A stretch of DNA of 60,908 nt from Thermoplasmatota archaeon (GTDB taxonomy: Archaea; Thermoplasmatota; E2; UBA202; DSCA01): assembly GCA_034660695.1 (NCBI GenBank), contig JAYEJS010000114.1, positions 8,144-69,051 on the forward strand, written 5' to 3'. Position numbers and translations under genes: made by a program. The notes under the pieces are model-generated. The model was not told the DNA's origin. It searched no databases and was given only the letters and a program-made list of their open reading frames with translations. Below are positions 19,626 to 29,284 of the stretch, piece by piece (positions within the stretch are counted from its first letter, which is position 1; every line of letters starts with the position of its first letter).

Positions 19626-19772
19626 TCTCTTCTTGCATACTCTGAGAATGGCAACTATGATTTTGATGATGGACCTTTAAGAATTGCCTATGTTAACGAA
19701 TATGGTTCAATAACCTCATCCAAGTTGTGGGCAAAGTGGGTGGTAGAAATAAAAGTTATTGCCATGGAATAA
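19626..19772 (+). pseudogene. C-terminal fragment of a molybdopterin-binding oxidoreductase (sulfite-oxidase fold) gene
   Basis: A 48-codon frame preceded by an in-frame TGA reads SLLAYSENGNYDFDDGPLRIAYVNEYGSITSSKLWAKWVVEIKVI. This resembles the LLAYxMNG...GxPLRLVVP...KWVxxIxV C-terminus. No upstream coding continuation is visible. Confidence 0.35.
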
Positions 19773-20160
19773 AGGAGTTTACAACTTCCTTCAATTTTGG
19801 GACCGTATCATACTTTTCTATCTCTGAAGGAGTTATCCATACATAGCCGACATGCTCCCAGTCTATTTCTATTTTATCTGTATTTGACTTAAAAAGAAAA
19901 GGATGGACCGTCCACGTTTTTTCTTCAATCTCATCAAAAAATTTGATGGGTTTCCCTTCCTCCTGCAACTTAATTTCATTCTGGGACAATCCTATTTCTT
20001 CTTCTACCTCACTTAATGCCCTTTCCAGAATGTCGTCTCCTTCTTCCACATAACCAGAAATACAAGCCCATTTCCCCTTATGTGTCCCTACTTTATTACT
20101 TCTCTTTAGTAAAAGCATTTTTCCCCTAAAAAGGATGATACATGTTACCACATCCGGCAT
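19756..20160 (-). CDS. NUDIX hydrolase
   Basis: Nudix box GYVEEGDDILERALSEVEEEIGL (GX5EX7REUXEEXGU). Confidence 0.85.
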   Translation of the reverse strand: MPDVVTCIILFRGKMLLLKRSNKVGTHKGKWACISGYVEEGDDILERALSEVEEEIGLSQNEIKLQEEGKPIKFFDEIEEKTWTVHPFLFKSNTDKIEIDWEHVGYVWITPSEIEKYDTVPKLKEVVNSFIPWQ

Positions 20161-20164
20161 CCTA

Positions 20165-21970
20165 TCACCGTATTTTCATTACCAATCTGTCGTTTGAAGC
20201 GATGGCATCTATGATTTCTTTTCCGTGCCTGCTTTTCCTGTTTATTTTTATACTTCCCTGCTGGGAAAGATTACCAGAAAGAATTGTTTTCCCGTTAATG
20301 ATTACATCCGCTTCTCTGTTCCCATATATTTCACTCACCTTCAGCACGATATAATTTTTTCTTTTAAGTACGGAAGGGATTATTTCAGATGATGATGCCA
20401 TTGGCTGCACGTTTAATTTCATACCGGCCTCATCTTCTATTTTTGATATGGTCTTGCCCGCCTTCCCTATTATGTGAGGGATACTCCTCTCCTCGACATA
20501 CACAACCGCTGATCTGTCCGATTTCACCTCGACATTAACCGCACCATCGACATACCTCTCTATTATGGAACGAAGCTGCATCTCAGCGAGTTTTTCAACA
20601 GAATTTTTCGATTTTTTTTCGCTGACGGACATCACCACAACCTGCTCCCCATAGGAATATATTTCGTACAACTCTTTCTTTGTATGGAAGTCCCTCACAA
20701 GTATGACGGGGCGAGCCAGGTCAGCATCTTCCATGCCCGATGGAAGTTTGACCATAAATTCCATTTCAAGTATCTGCTCAATTTCTCCCCCCTTAATGTG
20801 AATGATGGTATCGGCAACCTGCGGAATCATGCCCAGCTCAACTCTTCCGATCAGGCGTTGCACTGCATCTATGGCGCGATTTGCGTGCGTTACGCCGATA
20901 AGCCCGATGCCTGCGAGCCTCATATCCGCAAATATCCTGAAATCCTCGCTTTTTCTCACCTCGTCGTATATAACAAAATCAGGTCTTACCAGAAGCAGAA
21001 TATCAGATGTCAGTTCCATGTTACTTTCGAGAGGTGCATACTGGGTTATTTCATCCCCGACCTGCAAATCCCTGGGATTTTCCATGGTTTTCACAATCGC
21101 CCCTCCGTCCTTGAGGTATTCCGCTATCGCCTGTGCAAATGTTGATTTGCCGGAGCCTGGAGGACCTGAGATTATTATGCCCCTCCGGTAACCCCCCAGC
21201 CTACCCTTAGTTTTTTCATCAAGATTGTAGTCATCAAGCGATAATTTTATGATGGGGCGTGTTGCCGTTATTTCAAATCTGTCTGAAAAAGGGGGGCGGG
21301 CTATTACCACCCTCATCGCCCCCAACTGTACAACGGTAGCACCTTTCCTTTCAATTTCTATAAAACTGTTCTTTTCTCTCTTAGCTGCTTCTATTATTTC
21401 CTTGCTCATCATTTCCATATCTTTCTCTTTTAATTTCTTTTTTCCAGCAGTTATAATTTTAAAATCGCCGGGTTTGCCTCTTTTTGCGAAAGGAAAACAA
21501 TCCTCCCTCAGGTGAATGCTCATGATATTCTCGTCGAAATATTTCTCTATTTGCAGTTCTTTAATTTCCTGTTCCGGGCGGATGTAATATACCTTAAGAC
21601 CTTTTGCCTCTGCTACGTGGGCCTGGAGCCTATCTGAGGTAAAAAGAATTGCCCTGCTTTCCTCGGAAATTTTCCTTATTGCTGCATCTATTTCACCAGC
21701 GTGTGATATTTGCTCGGGAGAAGGACGGTCGCCGACAAAATGAAGATTTATTTTCCCTTCCTTATGGAAACTCTGCAACTGAACTATTTCGTCTAGTCCA
21801 CTGATACCGCTTTCAAATCCTTCATTTGCCTGATGCTCTAATTCTGCTATAACTGCCTCCGGTATCAATATGTCGGCACCTTTAAGCTCACCCGCCCTGA
21901 TTAGATTTGTTATCCTTCCATCGACGATTACAGAGGTGTCTGGAACTATTTTCATTTTCTCGTCGCTCAA
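20165..21970 (-). CDS. PIN domain / PilT-like P-loop ATPase / KH domain protein (conserved archaeal)
   Basis: N-terminal PIN block is IVPDTSVIVDGRIT. Walker A is GPPGSGKST. A KH-like segment HIIGKAGKTISKIEDEAG lies near the C-terminus. Confidence 0.8.
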   Translation of the reverse strand: MSDEKMKIVPDTSVIVDGRITNLIRAGELKGADILIPEAVIAELEHQANEGFESGISGLDEIVQLQSFHKEGKINLHFVGDRPSPEQISHAGEIDAAIRKISEESRAILFTSDRLQAHVAEAKGLKVYYIRPEQEIKELQIEKYFDENIMSIHLREDCFPFAKRGKPGDFKIITAGKKKLKEKDMEMMSKEIIEAAKREKNSFIEIERKGATVVQLGAMRVVIARPPFSDRFEITATRPIIKLSLDDYNLDEKTKGRLGGYRRGIIISGPPGSGKSTFAQAIAEYLKDGGAIVKTMENPRDLQVGDEITQYAPLESNMELTSDILLLVRPDFVIYDEVRKSEDFRIFADMRLAGIGLIGVTHANRAIDAVQRLIGRVELGMIPQVADTIIHIKGGEIEQILEMEFMVKLPSGMEDADLARPVILVRDFHTKKELYEIYSYGEQVVVMSVSEKKSKNSVEKLAEMQLRSIIERYVDGAVNVEVKSDRSAVVYVEERSIPHIIGKAGKTISKIEDEAGMKLNVQPMASSSEIIPSVLKRKNYIVLKVSEIYGNREADVIINGKTILSGNLSQQGSIKINRKSRHGKEIIDAIASNDRLVMKIR

Positions 21971-22095
21971 ACAACCAAAGGATATAAAACTATTGGTGGA
22001 AAGATATTCCTACAAAATCGTAACGTGGTAGTTTTTACTGCTGAATCGTAAGTTTTTCTGATAGATAAAAATTCATAGTCACCTTGCCAGAAAAA

Positions 22096-23184
22096 ATGAG
22101 ACGTTACAAAATTTCAGGAATATCGAAGAAAAACAGGTTTTATATAGCGATAAATATGTTCCAGACAAGATGTAAGAGATGTCTAATATCGGAAAATTAT
22201 CCAAATGTACAATTTGATAAAAGAGGGATATATAATTACTGCAGAGGAGAACAAGATTCTAAAATACCAGTTGATATTAATAGAAAAATCAAGAAGAAAG
22301 AAGAATTAAGAAAAGATTTTGAAAGAACAGTCAGAACTTCTAAAGGAAAACATTACGACTGTGTCATTGGCGTAAGTGGAGGAAAAGATAGCATTTACCT
22401 TCTATGGCTCGTGAAAGAAAGGCATCATCTAAGTTGCCTGACAAAGACCGTTGATAACGGGTTACTCTCTAGATATGCCAAAGAGAATATTGCCACAGCA
22501 GTTAACTCTCTTGGTGTATATCATATATTTTTAAAACCTTCATCCGAGTTCTACAGGAAGCTGTACACACATTTAATCAAACATCCTGATAATTATGGTC
22601 ACATGGATACAGTATGCAGTAGATGCAGTGAATTGTTTCACAGTGCAACCTCAAAGATAGCAGTAGAAAAAGATATTCCCCTCATTGTATTTGGATATTC
22701 ACCGGATCAAGTGAACAAATATTTTTATGAAATTCCAGGAGAGAAATTAATTAAAAACAGAGTTCCAAAGGAACTGCTTTTAGAAGACTTTACAGAAAAA
22801 GATCGTAGTTATTTCTGGGATCCTTCAAATTATAAACTGGACAACTATCCCAGGGTTTTAGTCCCATATCATGTCATTCATTACCCCAATGTAGAGGAGA
22901 TTGAAAGTTTTCTTAGAAAGAAAAGATTAATAGACGTCTTAACGCCGCTTCTTACTAACTGTAGTCTCCAGTGGTTAACACTTTATCTTGATATCAAAAA
23001 GAATGGATATAATCCTGCCTTACCTAATTATAGTACTCTTATTCGGGAAGGAAAAGCCAAAAGATGGAAATGGCATCTAATCTTTTCTATTGGGAAGATG
23101 CTATTAGAGGCTAGATTGATTAAAAGGAGAGAGATAAAGAAGACATTAAATTTTTTAAATTTGAAATTAAGTGAGTTATCATGA
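22096..23184 (+). CDS. PP-loop ATP pyrophosphatase of the N-acetyl-sugar amidotransferase (WbpG/PseA-like) type
   Basis: N-terminal Cys motif is CKRCLISENYPNVQFDKRGIYNYC. The PP-loop is GVSGGKDSIYL. A second Cys pair is CSRCSE. An alternative start lies at 22156. The stop overlaps the next ATG (ATGA). Confidence 0.65.
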   Translation: MRRYKISGISKKNRFYIAINMFQTRCKRCLISENYPNVQFDKRGIYNYCRGEQDSKIPVDINRKIKKKEELRKDFERTVRTSKGKHYDCVIGVSGGKDSIYLLWLVKERHHLSCLTKTVDNGLLSRYAKENIATAVNSLGVYHIFLKPSSEFYRKLYTHLIKHPDNYGHMDTVCSRCSELFHSATSKIAVEKDIPLIVFGYSPDQVNKYFYEIPGEKLIKNRVPKELLLEDFTEKDRSYFWDPSNYKLDNYPRVLVPYHVIHYPNVEEIESFLRKKRLIDVLTPLLTNCSLQWLTLYLDIKKNGYNPALPNYSTLIREGKAKRWKWHLIFSIGKMLLEARLIKRREIKKTLNFLNLKLSELS

Positions 23185-24569
23185 AGGTAGCTCTATTTTA
23201 TCCACCTGAAGATGGCGTACCTCTATCAAAAGGCGGCAGATCTTTTATGTTTGCTCCACCGCTTGGCATATGCTATCTCGCAAGAGCACTTGAAAATCGT
23301 GGAGATAACGTAGAAATTTTTGATTTGCGTTATAGAGGAACAAAAAAGGAAGCACTAGAAAATATTCTGACTGAGGTCGATGTTGTGGGAGTTTCCATAC
23401 CGAGTTTCTCACTTCGTAATGCATTTAGGCTGTGCTCATTTATTAAAGAGATCGACCCATATATTCCAATAATCATTGGCGGACCCCATTGTTCCCTATA
23501 TCCAAAAGACGTGATTCGGAAAATTAATGTAGATGTAAGCGTAAATGGTGAAGGAGAAGGGATCATATCTATGATTTTGGATGCATTAGAAAAAGGATCG
23601 AAGCCAATGATCCCTGGTGTTTTCTATAAAGATAAAAATGGCAATATAAAGGGAACGAAAGGCGCAAACATAATCAAAAACTTAGACGAGATACCTTTTC
23701 CTTCTCGTCATCTTGTTGAAAAATATGAGTATGGATATCTGTTTGGTTTTAAATTTTTTAAAGGGAAATGCACATCTACAATTACAAGTAGAGGGTGCCC
23801 ATGCACATGCAGATTTTGTAGCAGAGAAATAACAGGGATGGAGAAATATAGGACAAGATCTGCGGAGAACGTAGTAGAAGAATTAGAAGATATATATATG
23901 GATGGATATAACTCTGTAATCATTGCAGATGATAATTTCCTTGCAAATAGAAAAAGAGCGAATAGAATATTCGATTCGATTATTGAAAAAGGATTTAAGC
24001 TCGAGATATTTGTACAAGGTGCACGTGTAGACTCGGCAAATAAAGAAACATATGAAAAGATGAAGAAAGCAGGTGTGACAACAATTGCTTTTGGCATAGA
24101 GTCTGGGAATCAAGATATATTAGATTTTTATAATAAAAAGACAACTTTAGATCAAATAGGATATGCAGTTGACCTCAGTAAAAAAACTGGCTTTTTTACT
24201 ATAGGGAATTTTATCATAGGTGCTCCTATAGAAAACGAACAGCACATAAGGAATACTATTCAATTTGCTTCTTCTCTACAATTAGACTTTGCTTTGTTTT
24301 CCATACTTGAATATTCAGCTGGATCTCAAATATGGAAAGAAGCGGTAGAAAACGGAAAAATACGTAGAGATGAATACAGGGTAATGAGTGACGCAACGAG
24401 AGGTCTAGGAAAACTCCCATTAAAAGAGTTAGAGAGATGGCAAAAAAGAGCCTATAGTACCTTTTGTTTAACCCCACGGTATCTGAATAACCAGATAAGA
24501 AATATGGTGAAGAAGAAAGATTTTTCTCTTATTAGGGGTGGCATCAACCTCTTTAAACACTTGTTTTAA
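23181..24569 (+). CDS. B12-binding-domain radical SAM enzyme
   Basis: N-terminal cobalamin-binding-like Rossmann region. The radical SAM cluster motif is GCPCTCRFCS (CxxxCxxC). It is translationally coupled to the PP-loop gene and is a paralogue of 44681-46114. Confidence 0.8.
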   Translation: MKVALFYPPEDGVPLSKGGRSFMFAPPLGICYLARALENRGDNVEIFDLRYRGTKKEALENILTEVDVVGVSIPSFSLRNAFRLCSFIKEIDPYIPIIIGGPHCSLYPKDVIRKINVDVSVNGEGEGIISMILDALEKGSKPMIPGVFYKDKNGNIKGTKGANIIKNLDEIPFPSRHLVEKYEYGYLFGFKFFKGKCTSTITSRGCPCTCRFCSREITGMEKYRTRSAENVVEELEDIYMDGYNSVIIADDNFLANRKRANRIFDSIIEKGFKLEIFVQGARVDSANKETYEKMKKAGVTTIAFGIESGNQDILDFYNKKTTLDQIGYAVDLSKKTGFFTIGNFIIGAPIENEQHIRNTIQFASSLQLDFALFSILEYSAGSQIWKEAVENGKIRRDEYRVMSDATRGLGKLPLKELERWQKRAYSTFCLTPRYLNNQIRNMVKKKDFSLIRGGINLFKHLF

Positions 24570-24749
24570 TGCAAAAAAAATAAATTGGCAATTATTTTAT
24601 TCATTTAAATATCCAAAAAGTGTTTTTTTATGAGAAGTAATGCTTGCCATAAACGGCAGGTTTTAGCTTTACATAGATTGGTGTATAAAAAGCCATCCTA
24701 TAGCCAAATTAGCGGGATAAACCTTTAAACCATCTTTTCTTTCATTATC

Positions 24750-25919
24750 ATGCTTCTCATAAAAGATGCGGCCGAGATTTTTTTGCCGGGCAGAGTACAA
24801 AAAAATTCTTCTATCCTGGTTGAAAACGGAAGGATTAAAAAAATCGGAAAAAATCTGGATGGGCATGATGCAGACATAATTGATGCAAGAGGAAAGACTA
24901 TTTTACCGGGATTTGTCGACTGCCATACCCATGCTGTTTTTGCAGGCTCGCGTGAATTCGAACTCGAAATGAAACTGAATGGGGCAAACTATGAAGAGAT
25001 TGCTTCATGCGGAGGTGGCATAAACTATACCGTAAAAAAGACAAGAGAAGCTTCATTAAATGAGCTTTTTTTAGAATCAAAGAAAAGGCTTGACAAAATG
25101 CTGGAGCATGGGACTACGACAGCGGAGGTAAAAAGCGGGTACGGGCTCGATACCAAAAACGAGATGAAAATACTGGAAGTTATAAGCGAGCTTAATGAAA
25201 AACATGTCATTGACATAATCCCTACTTTTCTCGGGGCGCATGCCATCCCGCCTGAAATGGAAAAAGATGAATATGTCAGCCTCGTCATAAATGAAATGAT
25301 CCCGCTGGTTGCAGAGAAAAAACTTGCCATATTTTGCGATGTTTTCTGTGAAAATGGCTATTTTACTATAGAAGAGGCAAGAAAGATATTGCATGCTGGG
25401 AAGAGATATGGAATGATACCAAAAGTACATGCAGATGAATTTTCTTCATATGGTGGAGCTGAACTTGCAGCAGAGTTGAAGGCTGTGAGCGCCGACCATC
25501 TTCTCATGACATCTAGGGAAGGAATGAGAGCCATGGCAAAAGCCGGTATTACGGCGGTTCTTCTACCCTCGGTTCCGTTTTCATTGATGCAGAGCGAATA
25601 TGCCGATGCAAGAGGGATGATTAAGGAAGGTGTGAAGGTGGCGCTGGCAACCGACCTGAACCCCAATTGCTGGACAGAGAACATGCAATTTGTCATTCAA
25701 CTTGCATGCTTTAAAATGGGGATGACACCGAGAGAAGCGATAGAAGGTGCAACAATAAATTCCGCGAAAGCGATAGGAATAGAGAGAGAAATAGGAAGCA
25801 TAGAGAAAGGGAAAAAAGCTGATCTGATAGTGATAAATGCCCCATCCCATGTTTTTATTCCATATCATTTTGGGGTTAATATGGTGGAGAGAGTAATAAA
25901 AAACGGAGAAATTGTATGA
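24750..25919 (+). CDS. hutI: Imidazolonepropionase (amidohydrolase superfamily)
   Basis: Blocks match HutI along the full length: GFVDCHTHAVFAGSREFE, GGGINYTVKKTREAS, TTAEVKSGYGLD, LGAHAIPPE, HADEFS and ATDLNPN. Confidence 0.8.
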   Translation: MLLIKDAAEIFLPGRVQKNSSILVENGRIKKIGKNLDGHDADIIDARGKTILPGFVDCHTHAVFAGSREFELEMKLNGANYEEIASCGGGINYTVKKTREASLNELFLESKKRLDKMLEHGTTTAEVKSGYGLDTKNEMKILEVISELNEKHVIDIIPTFLGAHAIPPEMEKDEYVSLVINEMIPLVAEKKLAIFCDVFCENGYFTIEEARKILHAGKRYGMIPKVHADEFSSYGGAELAAELKAVSADHLLMTSREGMRAMAKAGITAVLLPSVPFSLMQSEYADARGMIKEGVKVALATDLNPNCWTENMQFVIQLACFKMGMTPREAIEGATINSAKAIGIEREIGSIEKGKKADLIVINAPSHVFIPYHFGVNMVERVIKNGEIV

Positions 25920-26545
25920 AGGCCATTTCTCTTCTTTCGGGAGGAATAGACTCCCCCGTAGCCTTTTATATAATGGCAAAAAGAATGGAATGCATAGCCC
26001 TCCATATGAACAACGAGCCTTTTGGAGGCAGGGAAGAAGAGCAGAAGGTTATTGATATAGTGAGGCATCTGGCACACGACATCAATAAAGAGATAATAGT
26101 ATATATCGTTCCGTTTGGGGGAATCATACAAAAAGAGATATACGAACACTGCGAGGAAAGATACCGTTGTATCATATGCAAGAGAATGATGTATAGGATT
26201 GCAGAAAAAATTGGAAGGAAAAAAAAGGCAGATATGATTGCAACTGGAGAAAACCTTGGCCAGGTTGCATCCCAGACACTTCAAAATTTAATGGTTCTCG
26301 AAGAAAGCGTGGAAATGCCCGTTGTCAGGCCACTTATAGGACTTGATAAAGAAGAAATAATCAAGATCGCAAAGAGGATAGGGACGTATGAAATTTCAAT
26401 AAAAAAGGCAGCTCCATGCCTTCTTGTCCCAAGGAAACCGTCAACATGGGCAGGTTTGGACAGGATATATAAGGAAGAAAAAAAAATGGATTTTCAGGCT
26501 TTAATTAAGGAAGCAGTCAAAGGAGCGAGAATGGAGAAACTTTAA
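25916..26545 (+). CDS. ThiI-like PP-loop sulfurtransferase domain protein (no THUMP domain)
   Basis: SGGIDSPVA PP-loop, CIICKRMMYRIAE, TGENLGQVASQTLQNL and RPLIGLDKEEI match the ThiI C-terminal catalytic domain. The protein is only 209 aa. Its start overlaps the hutI stop (ATGA). Confidence 0.7.
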   Translation: MKAISLLSGGIDSPVAFYIMAKRMECIALHMNNEPFGGREEEQKVIDIVRHLAHDINKEIIVYIVPFGGIIQKEIYEHCEERYRCIICKRMMYRIAEKIGRKKKADMIATGENLGQVASQTLQNLMVLEESVEMPVVRPLIGLDKEEIIKIAKRIGTYEISIKKAAPCLLVPRKPSTWAGLDRIYKEEKKMDFQALIKEAVKGARMEKL

Positions 26546-26575
26546 AAAATGCAACCATATTCTTATCCATTAAAT

Positions 26576-26649
26576 GGGCTCTTGGTCTAGCTGGTTATGA
26601 CGTCGCCTTGACATGGCGGAGGTCCTGGGTTCAAATCCCAGAGAGCCCA
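26576..26649 (+). tRNA. tRNA-Val (anticodon GAC), intronless
   Basis: Acceptor GGGCTCT/AGAGCCC plus A. Anticodon stem TCGCC/GGCGG with loop TTGACAT. T arm is CTGGG-TTCAAAT-CCCAG. Confidence 0.9.
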
Positions 26650-26701
26650 CTTTTTCATCACTGCGTTATTTTTATATATCTTTCCTGTCATTTAGACGAA
26701 A

Positions 26702-27331
26702 ATGGTTGATGTTTACAGAATGGTTGCATTCGATATGGACGGGGTTCTGGTAGATATGGAAAGCTCGTGGAGTTATATCCACAAATGCTTTGGAACGGAT
26801 AACCGGAAGACAGCGGAGGCATATCTTAATGGCGAGATAGGAAGCAATGAATTTATGAATAGAGACATTGCATTGTGGAAAAGCAAGGGGAAATTTCTGC
26901 ATGATATTGAGAAGATTTTTGAGAGCATACCTGTAATGAAAGGTATCCATGAATGTATAGGGAAATTAAAGGCAGAAGGCATAATCACGGCGATTGTCTC
27001 TGGCGGTCTGGATATTCTTGCAAGAAGAATCGCCAGGGATGCAGGAATAGACCACGTTGCCGCGAATGGAATAGACGGAGATATGGAAAAAGGGATATTG
27101 CGAGTTTCTCCAAGAAGGAAGGATGTGACACTTACCAAACTTGCGGAGAAACTGCACGTTAAAAGGAAAGAGATAATATCGGTTGGAAACTCAAGGTATG
27201 ACATAAAAATGTTTGAGGTGAGCGGTATGGGCATAGCGTTCAATCCTTGTGATGATGAGGTAATAAGACATGCGGATGTCGTCATAAAAGGAAAAAACTT
27301 ATCTCTTATCTTGCCTTATGTTATAGAATGA
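26702..27331 (+). CDS. HAD-superfamily hydrolase, phosphoserine-phosphatase-like
   Basis: Motif I is FDMDGVLVD. The SGG block is IVSGGLD. The C-terminal block is GNSRYDIKMF...GIAFNP. Confidence 0.65.
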   Translation: MVDVYRMVAFDMDGVLVDMESSWSYIHKCFGTDNRKTAEAYLNGEIGSNEFMNRDIALWKSKGKFLHDIEKIFESIPVMKGIHECIGKLKAEGIITAIVSGGLDILARRIARDAGIDHVAANGIDGDMEKGILRVSPRRKDVTLTKLAEKLHVKRKEIISVGNSRYDIKMFEVSGMGIAFNPCDDEVIRHADVVIKGKNLSLILPYVIE

Positions 27332-27942
27332 TAACATTTGGCCTGCTGGTTTTGTTTCTCATAGGGCTATTTTTTTACATACTGTATTCCATAGTCCATA
27401 TTGCCTTTGTTGAAGTCGGGTTTTCGCGGTTGGAGGGGAGTTTCATCGTCTTCGGCTCCATCATATTTGGTCTCGTGGATCTTCCTCTCTTTACCTATAA
27501 CAACTGGATAATTGCCATAAATATAGGAGGGGCGGCAATTCCAATTATTATAAGCATTTACTTGATAATGAAAAAAGAGTTTATGGGAAAAGCGATAATA
27601 GGGATACTGATTGTCTCGTTTTTTACGTATAATATCACGGAAGTGAGCAGCAAAGGGGTTACATCTTCATTTCCATTCTGGCTTCTTCCCCCTGTAGTGG
27701 CAAGCATTTTTTCTTTGATGACATCATATAAAAGACCGAAGGAGGCTGCCCCTCTTGCCTATGTAACGGGCACGCTGGGAGTATTGATAGGCGCAGATTT
27801 TTTTCATCTCCCGGAAATTTTGAGGATGTATACACCCAATACTGTGATGGCCTCTATCGGCGGAGCTGCGATATTTGACATGGTTTTCCTCGCGGGAATA
27901 ATAGCAGTGCTGGTTGATTCATTGTTTATAATAAAGAGATAG
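27328..27942 (+). CDS. Integral membrane protein (DUF1614-like)
   Basis: Five to six TM helices. The INIGGAAIPIIIS motif resembles DUF1614. Confidence 0.5.
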   Translation: MITFGLLVLFLIGLFFYILYSIVHIAFVEVGFSRLEGSFIVFGSIIFGLVDLPLFTYNNWIIAINIGGAAIPIIISIYLIMKKEFMGKAIIGILIVSFFTYNITEVSSKGVTSSFPFWLLPPVVASIFSLMTSYKRPKEAAPLAYVTGTLGVLIGADFFHLPEILRMYTPNTVMASIGGAAIFDMVFLAGIIAVLVDSLFIIKR

Positions 27943-28034
27943 GTTTGCACATGGAAGGACATTGAACAAAAGGATTTAAAACTCTTTTCGCCAATCGGGA
28001 GATAAAGATTTATTAATGAAACATATTTCCCATT

Positions 28035-28334
28035 ATGATAATTGCGGAACTGGCAATTTTTCCAATCTCGGAAGGTACATCTGTAAGCAAATATGTCAGG
28101 GAAGCATTGAAAGCTCTGGAGAAGACGGGGCTGAAATACGAGAGTGGGGCTATGTCCACATGCATAGAATCACCAGACCTGGAAAGCATATTTGATGCTG
28201 TTGAGAAGGCTCATGATGCAATCGTAAAAATGGGGGCGAAACGCATTCAGATAGCCCTGAGTATAGACCACCGTCTCGATAAAGATGCGACCATGGAATC
28301 AAAGTTAAAGGCAATAGGAAAGGGAAAAGCATGA
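28035..28334 (+). CDS. MTH1187/YkoF-family (UPF0045) small ligand-binding protein
   Basis: The 99-aa protein begins MIIAELAIFPISEGTSVSKYVREALKAL, typical of the MTH1187 family. Confidence 0.65.
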   Translation: MIIAELAIFPISEGTSVSKYVREALKALEKTGLKYESGAMSTCIESPDLESIFDAVEKAHDAIVKMGAKRIQIALSIDHRLDKDATMESKLKAIGKGKA

Positions 28335-29284
28335 ATGACTTATGGATAGAAAAGTATCGTCCCTCAAAACTAGATGAAGTCGTGGGGCAGCAGGGCATCG
28401 TCGATAGTCTGAAGGCGTATGCCAACTCCGGCGGCATTCCCCATCTGCTATTTGCAGGCCCTGCCGGTACAGGAAAAACCACATGCGCTATAGCCCTCGC
28501 AAGAGAAATATTCGGGGAGGGCTGGCATGACAATTTTGAAGAGTTAAATGCAAGCGATGAAAGGGGAATAGATATAGTGAGAGGAAAAATAAAAAATTTC
28601 GCCAGGACTGCCCCTCTCGGTCAGGCTCCATTCAAGATTATTTTTCTGGATGAGGCAGACTCATTAACGCCAGATGCCCAGGCAGCTTTAAGGAGAACGA
28701 TGGAGAGATACGCACGCATATGCCGTTTTATACTTTCATGTAATTACTCCTCCAAGATAATAGACCCGATACAGTCGAGGTGTGCTGTTTTCCGGTTTTC
28801 TACCATAGGCGAGGAGGATATAAAAAAGTATCTTGAAGAAATTGCCAACATTGAGGGGTTAAAAATTACAGAAGATGGAATGAAAGCGTTGCTGTATGTC
28901 GCGAGGGGAGACCTGCGTAAGGCAATAAACGCTCTTCAAACCTCTGCGACTCTTTCAAAAAGGATAGATGCCGAAATTGTTTACAGGACAACGGCCACTG
29001 CCAAACCCGAGGAGGCAAAGAAGGTGATGGAAACCGCTCTCAGGGGAAATTTTATGGCTGCAAGAGAGATTCTTGATAAGATGCTCATCGATTACGGGCT
29101 GTCGGGCGAGGATATAATAAAAGGAATGTACAGTGCATTGTTCGACCTGCCCATCCCGGAAAAAACAAAGGCAGTGATGGTTGAAAAGATCGGTGATGCG
29201 GAATTCCATATTGTCGAGGGAAGCAATGAACGCATTCAGATAGAGGCCCTGCTGGCAAATATGGTTGTTTTGGGGAGAAAGTAA
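28331..29284 (+). CDS. rfcS: Replication factor C small subunit
   Basis: WIEKYRPSKLDEVVGQ, GPAGTGKTT, the DEAD-like FLDEADSLT and SRC motif (IQSRCAVFRF). Confidence 0.9.
   Translation: MNDLWIEKYRPSKLDEVVGQQGIVDSLKAYANSGGIPHLLFAGPAGTGKTTCAIALAREIFGEGWHDNFEELNASDERGIDIVRGKIKNFARTAPLGQAPFKIIFLDEADSLTPDAQAALRRTMERYARICRFILSCNYSSKIIDPIQSRCAVFRFSTIGEEDIKKYLEEIANIEGLKITEDGMKALLYVARGDLRKAINALQTSATLSKRIDAEIVYRTTATAKPEEAKKVMETALRGNFMAAREILDKMLIDYGLSGEDIIKGMYSALFDLPIPEKTKAVMVEKIGDAEFHIVEGSNERIQIEALLANMVVLGRK

Noticed and set aside
22016-22055. Direct 8-mer aatcgtaa repeated about 28 nt apart upstream of the PP-loop gene as a regulatory site
   Set aside because: It is too short, and in AT-rich spacer it could be a chance match.
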